Shown: positions 45,401 through 53,045, counted from the stretch's first letter. The stretch: DNA of 64,000 bases from Candidatus Coproplasma avicola (GCA_018712135.1 DVHK01000093.1:8834-72833); one strand, 5' to 3'. Numbers and translations are program-made. Notes: a model not told the origin generated them from the letters alone.

Positions 45401-48400
45401 CAAGGCTCTGCGATGTCATTTTTGCAGAAGCATTGGCGTAGAACGCATCCCAGTTATATGTGTTCAGATCCGCATCGTAAACAATTCCGCTGCCGCTGTT
45501 TTCGCTGGCATCATACCAGTACACCTCTTCAAGATTCTCACAGCCCGCAAACGCATTGTAAGCAATTGAAATGAGCGTGGAAGGAAGATAAATGCGGCGG
45601 AGCGATGAATTCTGGAAGCACGAAAGTCCTATCGTCGTAACGCCTTCGGGAACCACAACCGTATCTATATTCGTGTTTTCAAAGAAAGGTCCTTCACGCG
45701 TGGCAAGGACATATCCGAGATTTGTAATGCCGAGGTTTGCAGGTATGACAAGCATATTCCTCTGCTCCTGCGTCTGTTCGTCGACATAGGTTTCGGTATA
45801 TCCTGGGCCGTTATATTCATAGAAATAGGTACTTGAAAGAGTAAACTGCTCGCCGACAGATATCGTAAATGTACCTGTGCTGATGCCCGACATAAGGTAT
45901 ATATCGGCATAACCGGGCTCCTTACAAATAACTGTCGCCTGTGAATTATCGGAAGATATTATTTCAACGACATCCGAATTGCTTGAAGTCCATTGCAGAT
46001 TTGATACGCTGCTTACGTACCAGGGATTAAACTTGGGATAGAGGACAAGTTCGGTGCCGCTGTCGACTGAAACGCCACCCGAAGTTACGCCGCGCGATGT
46101 GCCGAGGGTAAGATTATCATATGAACCTACCGACAGTCCTTCAATAGTAGGCGTTCTTCCCGTACCCTCTACCACTACCTCAAATTCAAATACCCCGTAA
46201 GGATCGCCCGAATCGAGAGGATAAGGGAACCTGGCAGAATCGGGAGCATACGCCGTTATCGTTGCCGTACCGGCTGAGACGGCATAAAGTCTGCCGTTCC
46301 ATACGCGGACTATACTGTCGTCGCTGCTCTCCCAAATGACTTCTTCATACATCGGATCATTTGTGACTTTATTGAAATTGTCAGGCGAAATTTCACCGGT
46401 TCGCCTGTTATATGTGAACGTTACCTCTGTACCGCAATCGGGGCAAACAAAATGATTTGAAACATAATCTGTGCCGTTATAGGTTGCGATGATGTCGGTA
46501 AACAATGTGCCGGCGGGATATGTCGGCGTGGTGTCGTCCGCAGTTTTCTGCAACACTCTTCCGCTTGAAGCATCATAGTAATAGTCTCCGGCAGAATAAG
46601 AATAGCCGTAATGCTCGTCGTATTCAAAACCGCAGGTAGCTCCGTGCGAAAGCGTTGTCGCGCATGAATAGATTGAATAATTGTAAAGGCTTATCTCAAA
46701 TTCGGCGCCGGTAACCCTTTCGCCCGAAGCGAGAATTACCGAACCGAGATTTGCATCATCCGTAAAATCAAGTTCCGTGCCCGCGTTCATAACAACGGTG
46801 CCGCCAGCGAGAGACTGAGTTACCGAATTGCCGGTATTATCAAGATAGGTATACTCGATATCCAGACCGCTGACTTCGGGGAACTGTACAGGAACATAGT
46901 ATGCAGCCGAATTGAGAGCATAGTCGTCGACGCGCACACCTATAAATTTGCCGTCCTGTCCCTCTACGCCGAACAGATTATCGAGCCAGTCGGTTATTTC
47001 AACCGTCACCCTGTTGACCGCCCCGCGGGAACTGTCTACGGGAATTGAATACTCTGTCAACCAGTCGATTTCTCCCGACATGTCATCGGTTGCCCAATCG
47101 ACATCGTTTTCTGCTTCTGCAAGAGTAAAGAGCTGAACCGATTGAACATAATGATTGTCGTATAAATACAGATCGAGGTATGCATGACGCAAAGTGGGAT
47201 CGGAAACATCGTATTCAAAACGGACTACATAATCTGTCCTTTCTACAATGGGAGCCTCGTAGTCTACATAGAAAGTAAACTCCTGAGTCTGCTCCTCCGA
47301 CTGCCTTCCATTGTACTCCATGCGGGTGGTAAAGGTTGCAGTGTATTGGGTATTGTTCTGTAAATTAAGCTCGTAAGGCGAAATTCCTATTTCTGCATAC
47401 GAAGGCGTGGTTGAATAAGATTTACCAACCATATGCAGAGTATCGGAATAAACTTCTTCTCCCGTAACGCTGTTTGTGACCACAACGTTCATCTCATCAA
47501 CCGAACGCAGGAGACCGAAGTAAACGGCATAAAACTCGTATACGCCGTAATCGCTGTTGCCGACGGCAATTTTATCTACCATCGACTCGATGCCGCTGTC
47601 CGCACCGCCTTCGGTATCGTAAACATACTGACCGAGGGGGATATAAGTTTCGGTTCCCCTGTAATATCTGCCTATAACAACAGATTCATATACAGCGGCA
47701 ACCGCCTTGTCCTCGTCCTCAATCGCCGTATTATAGCGGTCGGAGCTTACTTCGTAAGTGGTCTTATCGAAAATAGGTGCATCCAGCCAGTTGCCGTAAT
47801 AAGCGAGATAAGGTATGGAAAGATCGACGCCGTTATTTGTATCTGCATCCGTAAGGGTGATAAAGCCCTCTACATACATGCCGTTTTCAAAATTGGAATC
47901 GAGATAATCTTTCTGCGCCGAAGTAAGCGCAATAGAAACCTTTATGGTCACATCCTCGTTGGCGCCGAGGGTTACCACGCCGCTGTCGCTGCGGACGCCG
48001 TTAATATAATAAGTCTTTTTGGCGTCGTCAAGCATATACGCCTGCTCGGCAACGGTTATGCCGTCGATAGATACGCTTTCGGTCATAACCCTTGCGCCGA
48101 GGGTGTAAGTTTTTGTGTTGGACGACATGTTTTTTACATGGAATTCCATCTCGTAGAAGCCAGTCTTGTCGGGGTCGTCGCCGAGTTCAAGTTTAGGCTT
48201 GGAAGTATTTTCCACATATAAATATGCATCTGTGGCAATTGCCTTACTTATGTCGCCAAGTCCTGCACCCTGCCTTCTTACGAAATAAGGAAGTCCGCGC
48301 TCATCGTTTATTATTGTAGCGGTGCTCATAAGAAGCTGGTCTACCCTGTCCGAAAGTTCGGTACCGGTAAGACCGTATGTCTGGCTGACATGCTGGCGAA

Positions 48401-50345
48401 GCAGTGCAACAGCGCCTGCTATATTGGGCGAAGCCATAGATGTACCGCTGTAAATACTATAACCGCCGACTACCGATGAAGTAATCTCGCCGCCGTGAGC
48501 CGTAATCTCGGGCTTAATTTTAAGATCGGACGTGGGCCCCCACGACGAGAACTCAGACATGAAAGGGCCTGCTTTGAAGTCCTCGTTCAAAATGATCGTA
48601 CCCGTACCCATATTTACGAGCGTCTGACCTATGTCTGCCGTCACCGTACAAGTCGGAATTTCCTTACCTGTGCCGAGGGATGCGTTTATGCGGCCCGACA
48701 TATTGTTGTAAATGATACATGCTACGGCGCCGTATCTGAAAGCTATCCTCTGCTTTTCCTCAAAGTCCGTTTCACCGCGCGATACAACGGCAATGGTGTT
48801 GCCTTTTGCGAGTTCGGCCCTCACCGCAGTCGTGTAGTTATAGTCGTAGCCATAACCGGGAACGACTACGAAATTAAATTGCGCTTCGTGCCTGCCGTCG
48901 AGCAATTCTGCGACAAAATCGCCCTGCTCGCCCGAGGAATTTGAAGATTCGTTAAAGTATATTGCCGTACCATCTTCAAGCTGAAGGTACGAAGAAAGCT
49001 GTCCGGAAATTGAAGCAACCGAGAGTGCGCCTGCATAAGTAGAAGGCGAGCCTACCGTGCCGCTATCGGGATTAGAGGTAAGGTTGGTAGAACCATATGC
49101 GCCGTTCTGTGCAGAACTGCCGGAGTTGGACGCAGCGACAACGAGATTTATGCCTGCCTCGTATACTTTGTCGTAAACTTCGTTAATTGCGTTGCCGTCC
49201 TCTTCCCTCGAAAAGCCTGCCGAAACGCCGAGCGACATGTTAATAACGTCTACGCCGAGCGTAATGCAGTCAGAAAGTGCGGCGAGAATATCATCTGTTT
49301 CGGCGCCGCCCTCCGTTCCATCTTCCTGGTCAGGGAAAACCTTGCAGATGACGAGCTGTGCATCGGGTGCAACACCGATGAAATAAGGATCCTCCATATT
49401 TTCAAAAGCTTCACCGTCGTCGGCCGTTACGCTGTCATCCTGACCGGCGATAATGCCCGCAACATGGAGACCGTGCGACGATGACTTAGGGAATACATCG
49501 GGATCGTCATCGGCATAGTCATAAGCAAAAGGAACTTTTGCGTTGTAATATACATCGCTGACGGAAATCGTATCACCCTGAGTGGTCGCTGCAAGATCAT
49601 TGAATTTTTCGGTTACATCTGCCCTCGTAATCTTTTCAACGTCGGGCATAATCTGGAAAGCAGAGTGACTTCTGTCGAAACCTGTATCCAGAATAGCAAC
49701 AGCCATTCCTTCACCCGAATACTCGATATCGGATGAGTCGTAAATACCCGTGCTGTAAACGCTTACTTCATTTAAAGTAGCTTCGGCCTCGGGGGCTGCA
49801 TAGCTTTCGGAATAAATGACGTTCTTTACACCATCAATCTTTTCAATGGCGGCGACGTCATCGTCGTCAACGACGAGAGAAACGCCGTTGATTATCGATG
49901 TGTAGGAATGGCGGACTTCGTAGTCAATTGAAGCCGAACTGAGAGCTTTTAAAAAGCTATTCTGTTCCGCAGATATTGTTTTAGCGTACTGTCTGCCTTC
50001 GGTTGCATTGACGTAATCGGTAAGTTCGGCATAGCGATTACCGAGCGTTTGATCAGCAAGATAAACATCAAGCATGGAATCCGATTGCAGCTGGACTATA
50101 ATACGCCTCGTGCCGTCGCTGTTGACCTTAGCCTGTGCCGACGACAAAAGGTCGCTGTCCATAAACTGAGTGCTGTCTAGCTGACTGCCGAGAGCTTCGG
50201 TTGCGTCGATAACCTCAGCTTTATTTCCCGCATTTGCAACTTTGCTCAGTTCGAGCGGCTTGCTCAGGAGAATTGAAAGCCCGAGGAAAACCGCAGTCAA
50301 CAATGCGAAGATTGTCATCAAAAGGTTTCTGACTCTTGATTTCAC
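42447..50345 (-). CDS. Giant (2632 aa) cell-envelope subtilisin-like (S8) serine protease with PA insert, Ig-like domains, a very long BspA-type LRR region and a C-terminal membrane anchor
   Basis: GTG start 9 nt after ACGGAGG, then a signal/anchor helix. Catalytic Asp in AVAILDTGFD (codon 49686-49688), His in SSSHGLHVAGIIAG (49473-49475), Ser in YSGTSMASPNIAG (48438-48440). PA-like insert (IAVVSRGETDFEEKQ...). Big_2-like segments (WESSDDSIVRV...GTATITAYAP; LQWTSSNSDVVEII...). Dozens of LRR_5-type units (…IGDYAFAGN…). C-terminal GGLIGGICGGVGALIIIAAVIVVLRLRKKN helix. No LPXTG seen. Confidence 0.85.
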   Translation of the reverse strand: MKSRVRNLLMTIFALLTAVFLGLSILLSKPLELSKVANAGNKAEVIDATEALGSQLDSTQFMDSDLLSSAQAKVNSDGTRRIIVQLQSDSMLDVYLADQTLGNRYAELTDYVNATEGRQYAKTISAEQNSFLKALSSASIDYEVRHSYTSIINGVSLVVDDDDVAAIEKIDGVKNVIYSESYAAPEAEATLNEVSVYSTGIYDSSDIEYSGEGMAVAILDTGFDRSHSAFQIMPDVEKITRADVTEKFNDLAATTQGDTISVSDVYYNAKVPFAYDYADDDPDVFPKSSSHGLHVAGIIAGQDDSVTADDGEAFENMEDPYFIGVAPDAQLVICKVFPDQEDGTEGGAETDDILAALSDCITLGVDVINMSLGVSAGFSREEDGNAINEVYDKVYEAGINLVVAASNSGSSAQNGAYGSTNLTSNPDSGTVGSPSTYAGALSVASISGQLSSYLQLEDGTAIYFNESSNSSGEQGDFVAELLDGRHEAQFNFVVVPGYGYDYNYTTAVRAELAKGNTIAVVSRGETDFEEKQRIAFRYGAVACIIYNNMSGRINASLGTGKEIPTCTVTADIGQTLVNMGTGTIILNEDFKAGPFMSEFSSWGPTSDLKIKPEITAHGGEITSSVVGGYSIYSGTSMASPNIAGAVALLRQHVSQTYGLTGTELSDRVDQLLMSTATIINDERGLPYFVRRQGAGLGDISKAIATDAYLYVENTSKPKLELGDDPDKTGFYEMEFHVKNMSSNTKTYTLGARVMTESVSIDGITVAEQAYMLDDAKKTYYINGVRSDSGVVTLGANEDVTIKVSIALTSAQKDYLDSNFENGMYVEGFITLTDADTNNGVDLSIPYLAYYGNWLDAPIFDKTTYEVSSDRYNTAIEDEDKAVAAVYESVVIGRYYRGTETYIPLGQYVYDTEGGADSGIESMVDKIAVGNSDYGVYEFYAVYFGLLRSVDEMNVVVTNSVTGEEVYSDTLHMVGKSYSTTPSYAEIGISPYELNLQNNTQYTATFTTRMEYNGRQSEEQTQEFTFYVDYEAPIVERTDYVVRFEYDVSDPTLRHAYLDLYLYDNHYVQSVQLFTLAEAENDVDWATDDMSGEIDWLTEYSIPVDSSRGAVNRVTVEITDWLDNLFGVEGQDGKFIGVRVDDYALNSAAYYVPVQFPEVSGLDIEYTYLDNTGNSVTQSLAGGTVVMNAGTELDFTDDANLGSVILASGERVTGAEFEISLYNYSIYSCATTLSHGATCGFEYDEHYGYSYSAGDYYYDASSGRVLQKTADDTTPTYPAGTLFTDIIATYNGTDYVSNHFVCPDCGTEVTFTYNRRTGEISPDNFNKVTNDPMYEEVIWESSDDSIVRVWNGRLYAVSAGTATITAYAPDSARFPYPLDSGDPYGVFEFEVVVEGTGRTPTIEGLSVGSYDNLTLGTSRGVTSGGVSVDSGTELVLYPKFNPWYVSSVSNLQWTSSNSDVVEIISSDNSQATVICKEPGYADIYLMSGISTGTFTISVGEQFTLSSTYFYEYNGPGYTETYVDEQTQEQRNMLVIPANLGITNLGYVLATREGPFFENTNIDTVVVPEGVTTIGLSCFQNSSLRRIYLPSTLISIAYNAFAGCENLEEVYWYDASENSGSGIVYDADLNTYNWDAFYANASAKMTSQSLVIGSDAFRDCVRLHTIDFEGVTGLYDFAFSGCVSLEGSIDLRDLRFSGMSVFYGCSDITGVMLDVNTVLGAYMFYGTGIRNVTYYGSYVGNAVFAGMPELESVTFEYVDGNYSSLNTIGSRAFENCPSLTTVTFNRSFSSIGDYAFANCTSLEQIELPSGVTTLGNYVFQNCSALSEVMLSGDVRLTNLGADMFRGCNSLVSISLADASEYYNVVTNGSYSMITDKNGNAVLVPPAYPVSTQGNTVTIGEGMTVIGDQSYANNSSLDGMTLVIADGVTEIGSAAFAGTGIVSVVIPASVTTFGEDIFAYCENLESVIFLGDISSIPEGMFRGCSSLTRIQIPDSVTSIGDYAFYGTALQSLEVGRNVESIGDYAFYGNENLSSLTFASNARLTSIGVSAFENNISLSQVRLPDSLISLGESAFKGCELLRSVYVSASLEEMGDYAFANNDGLTSVTFGDGAKVVGNYAFAITDGTTIGSNNYLSEVSLASSIESIGDYAFAGNTVLSQIDLSGIERIGDYSFYRTTALTTVTVDEDMSYVGVSAFEGSAVRDIELSGIEYFDARSFYGTAVSDGDFTDAVEIGNSAFYNCINLRSLNLPNVEQIYASAFYVPTQDEDGDSQTGSIRSVEIGDKLVGLGGGAFYNSLITSISLPASLEIIGTPAFAGCANLVEIDVDSNNPVFFADYENGGLYKILANGSYELVAVPNGIVLNGTGDNTTPFVVLDGTSRIGDWAMAYCDDIHAVELPASVRSIGAYAFYYMGRSLIIDGSITGTIDPELYPLFIFNGLTAPTLETNYSDEDAASFIALYYNFSEAVGYLLNNMIIPQNATGFDSVLYEYFFYSIEYSEERIESGTQALLDWLIALDVDALTLDDATTVNQMYTDYRMMSNGQREFIADYVDKLNAAVERINELSGNTDQPEPETPSDGQSCANGGLIGGICGGVGALIIIAAVIVVLRLRKKNTVNNSLHNEDEIREKEDENRE

Positions 50346-50822
50346 TAAATTTTGCCTCCGTGTTTTGTTTATACGTATGAATACCGCGCGAGCGGATTGA
50401 TAACCGGGTGAATTGCGATCCGGAAAACATCACAAAAACTCCGCTCTCCATAAAGTTTGAGCAGAATTTTGTGAATAATTTTTCATGCAGTCATTATGCA
50501 AATAACCATTCTTGTCGCATAAATACAATTCGTAGATTATTACGCTTACCTATTATATAACAAATCACTCATAAAAAAAAGTATTTTGAGGGTATATTAT
50601 TAAATTTATCGATAAAAAAAATTTATAATGTCGATTACTTTTAGTTTATTTTCCTGGGCTTTTATGCAAATATTCATTTTTAAATGAATACAAACTCGCT
50701 ATTTGACATATTTAACGGTTATGAAATAATTTTTAAACAAATATACATATTTTTGTAGTACTTTATTAATTTAAACATGTAGTGAAAAAATTTTTTGCAT
50801 ATTTTTCACATAAAAATATACT

Positions 50823-50925
50823 CCCGCAAGGCGTAATGAGAGTGCCTTACTCGGTCACCGCAAACGCGGGTCTTATGCGTTTGCTCATCTCGCAAGGCAA
50901 AACAGCGCACCGCGCTGTTTTGAGA
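50823..50925 (+). ncRNA. Candidate small structured RNA of about 100 nt, family unknown
   Basis: TTGCAT (50795-50800)-16 nt-TATACT (50817-50822) promoter on the + strand. Internal hairpins include GCAAACGC/GCGTTTGC. Ends in the terminator AAAACAGCGC-acc-GCGCTGTTTT (50899-50921) followed by G. No credible ORF. Confidence 0.3.
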
Positions 50926-50963
50926 ATACCTTGCTCGACCTCTCCTCCCGTATTATATAATCT

Positions 50964-51010
50964 GCTCCAAAAAGGGCGGGCTCCATTAAGGAACCCGCCC
51001 TTTTTGGAGC
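50964..51010 (-). terminator. Terminator hairpin whose 5' arm begins in the tRNA-Gly 3' end
   Basis: 17-bp stem GCTCCAAAAAGGGCGGG/CCCGCCCTTTTTGGAGC. On the minus strand it starts with the last acceptor-stem base G72, discriminator U73 and the encoded CCA. Confidence 0.7.
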
Positions 51011-51079
51011 AGGCGACGGGAGTCGAACCCGCCGAAATCAGCTTGGGAAGCTGACGCCATACCGATAGGCGACGCCTGC
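51005..51079 (-). tRNA. tRNA-Gly (anticodon CCC)
   Basis: Minus-strand cloverleaf: GCAGGCG-TC-GCC-TATCGGTAT-GGC-G-TCAGC-TTCCCAA-GCTGA-TTTCG-GCGGG-TTCGACT-CCCGT-CGCCTGC-T-CCA. 75 nt, U73 discriminator typical of tRNA-Gly, encoded CCA. Confidence 0.9.
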
Positions 51080-51212
51080 ATATTAAGTTGCTTCAATGCC
51101 GCATTGCGGCATCAACAATATTACTATAACACAAATAATCGAAAAAGAAAAGCGGAAATGAGCGTTTAAATAAAAAAATTATGGCAACAAATAGTTTAAA
51201 GGAGATTACACC

Positions 51213-52451
51213 ATGAACCCTTTTAACGAAAAATGCAAAACCCTTGACAAAAATTTTATACCGATGAAGAAAATGTATCCTAAAAGCTACAATAAAGAAC
51301 GCACCTCTCCATATACAAAGACCCGCGTGATACTTATGAACGGCACCGAGTTTGAAAGCGCATGGTTTATGCATCAATTCGCACGCCATTGCGATAATCC
51401 CGAAATTCTTTCGGCTCTCGCCACGGTTCGCCGACAGGAACAACAGCAGCAAAAGCGTATAAGCTGCCTTAAACCGCTGAACGAAAGTATACTTGAAACG
51501 ACGATAGGCTATGAACAGCTTGCTGTCGACTTAACTGCCACACTCGCGCGAAACGAAAAAGATGAAAACAACATAAAAGCGCTTAATTTTGCGCTTTTGG
51601 AGGATTTTGACCATCTTTACAGGTATGCTAACCTTTTGAAAATGGATAAGGGAATAGATGCGGATACTCTTGTGGGCAAAATGACCGAAATTATGCCCGG
51701 GCGCCCTACCATTGCCGAGCACAGATACCCTGCCGACGACCTTAAACCGCACATGGACGGCGATAAAGCCGACCTGTATTCCAAGCTCGTCGCTTCGACC
51801 ATCACAGCCGCCGAACAGCAAACAATGAACTACTATATGAATATTGCGCAGTGGTACAAAAACGACCTCGGACGCAAGCTGTACGCCGAAATTGCGATGA
51901 TTGAGGAAGCGCACGTCACGCAGTACGAAAGCCTTAAAGATCCCAATATGACATGGCTTGAACAATGGCTTATGCATGAATATTGTGAATGCTGGCTTTA
52001 CTATTCTGCCATGGAGGACGAGAGCGACGAAGCGATCAAGCGCATATGGAGCGAACACTTCAGAATGGAAGTATGCCACCTTAAAGTGGCGGCAAAATTG
52101 TTGAAAAAGTACGAAAACACTTCATATGAAAAATGCGTGGGCGACGGCGAATTCCCCAAACTGCTCAAACTGGGCAGCAATAAGGATTATATAAGGCGTG
52201 TTTTAGGAAGCACGGTAACCCTTACCGCCGACGATATGGACTATAAAGACATAAAACGCATATCTGACGACCACAGATACTTTATTTATCAGAGTTTTAT
52301 GGGCGACCCCGAAAGAAATCCTTCGCACCTCGTCATACAAAAGGCAATCGACAGGATGGGCAAGGACTACCGCTATCAGGACAGCGAGCACCCCGTTAAG
52401 GAACTACGCGACCGCACAAAGGACAACGTTAAAATTGCAAGGACAAAGTAA
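51213..52451 (+). CDS. Ferritin-like (di-iron carboxylate type) domain protein, function unknown
   Basis: 412 aa, AAGGAG SD, all-helical composition. Candidate metal-ligand motifs include EFESAWFMH, LLEDFDHLYRY and MIEEAHVTQYE. The assignment is a fold-level guess. Confidence 0.45.
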   Translation: MNPFNEKCKTLDKNFIPMKKMYPKSYNKERTSPYTKTRVILMNGTEFESAWFMHQFARHCDNPEILSALATVRRQEQQQQKRISCLKPLNESILETTIGYEQLAVDLTATLARNEKDENNIKALNFALLEDFDHLYRYANLLKMDKGIDADTLVGKMTEIMPGRPTIAEHRYPADDLKPHMDGDKADLYSKLVASTITAAEQQTMNYYMNIAQWYKNDLGRKLYAEIAMIEEAHVTQYESLKDPNMTWLEQWLMHEYCECWLYYSAMEDESDEAIKRIWSEHFRMEVCHLKVAAKLLKKYENTSYEKCVGDGEFPKLLKLGSNKDYIRRVLGSTVTLTADDMDYKDIKRISDDHRYFIYQSFMGDPERNPSHLVIQKAIDRMGKDYRYQDSEHPVKELRDRTKDNVKIARTK

Positions 52452-52452
52452 A

Positions 52453-52494
52453 TTAATCCCCGCCGCAGCGTTTAAAGCGCTGCGGCGGGGATTA
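52453..52494. terminator. Bidirectional terminator between convergent genes
   Basis: Perfect 18-bp stem TTAATCCCCGCCGCAGCG/CGCTGCGGCGGGGATTAA with a 6-nt loop. Confidence 0.8.
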
Positions 52495-52497
52495 AAA

Positions 52498-53031
52498 CTA
52501 TTTCCTTACAATCTTTTCAAGCCTTACTTCATCTTCGGAGCCGAAGCAGATTTTTGTTATATCGTCTATCGACACATATGTAGCCCCGTCGAACTCGCCG
52601 TTATGATTTACTTCGGCTATCGTGAGGATATCCTGGTCAAAATCAGCCACATAGCCTCTTATAAATAAATTACTTTCGTCCATAAGAACGATAGTAAGGA
52701 TTTCCTTACTATCCTTTATATGTTGCAAAACGCGGCTTACAAGCCCGCCGTATTGGGGAAGTTCAAGATCGTCATAAATGCGGTTACCGTCTGAGATAAG
52801 AATTGCAAGCTTATTGAGATAAATATCGCCGCGGCTGACTGATATTACAGAATCGGTCATTTCACACGTATAACCGTCGAATGCGCCGTAGGGATTGACG
52901 TGCGCCATTACATACCAGTCGTCGACGACGTACTTTATTATCCCGGCTGAAAAACGTCCGAAATCTTCTGCATCGGAGTATACTGAGCAGAGCGATTGTT
53001 CGCTTTGCAATTTTCTGAGCACCTTTTTCAT
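52498..53031 (-). CDS. Hypothetical protein with an internal domain duplication
   Basis: The ATG at 53031 lies 6 nt after AGGTG. The two halves share a pattern (YVMAHVNPYGAFDGYTCEMTDSVISVSRGDIYLNKL versus LTIAEVNHNGEFDGATYVSIDDITKICFGSEDEVRLEKI). No family recognised. Confidence 0.55.
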   Translation of the reverse strand: MKKVLRKLQSEQSLCSVYSDAEDFGRFSAGIIKYVVDDWYVMAHVNPYGAFDGYTCEMTDSVISVSRGDIYLNKLAILISDGNRIYDDLELPQYGGLVSRVLQHIKDSKEILTIVLMDESNLFIRGYVADFDQDILTIAEVNHNGEFDGATYVSIDDITKICFGSEDEVRLEKIVRK

Positions 53032-53045
53032 GACATACACCTATT

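Noticed and set aside
50346-50960. c-di-GMP riboswitch (class I or II) upstream of the giant surface protease, as seen for some clostridial adhesins and proteases
   Set aside because: From memory of the GEMM-I (…GCACAGGGCAAAC…GACGCAAAGC…) and class II cores I could not find either motif on either strand. Only a covariance-model scan can settle this.
18206-51004. Integrated prophage or ICE between the two tRNA genes
   Set aside because: No integrase, recombinase, transposase, relaxase, capsid or terminase-like ORF is visible. Only the 26-nt att-like repeat hints at past mobility, so no mobile element is called.
50782-51054. 90-aa + strand ORF in the tRNA-Gly region
   Set aside because: It overlaps the antisense of tRNA-Gly and its terminator, has no SD, and has an implausible composition. 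The region is better explained as non-coding RNA and terminator structure.
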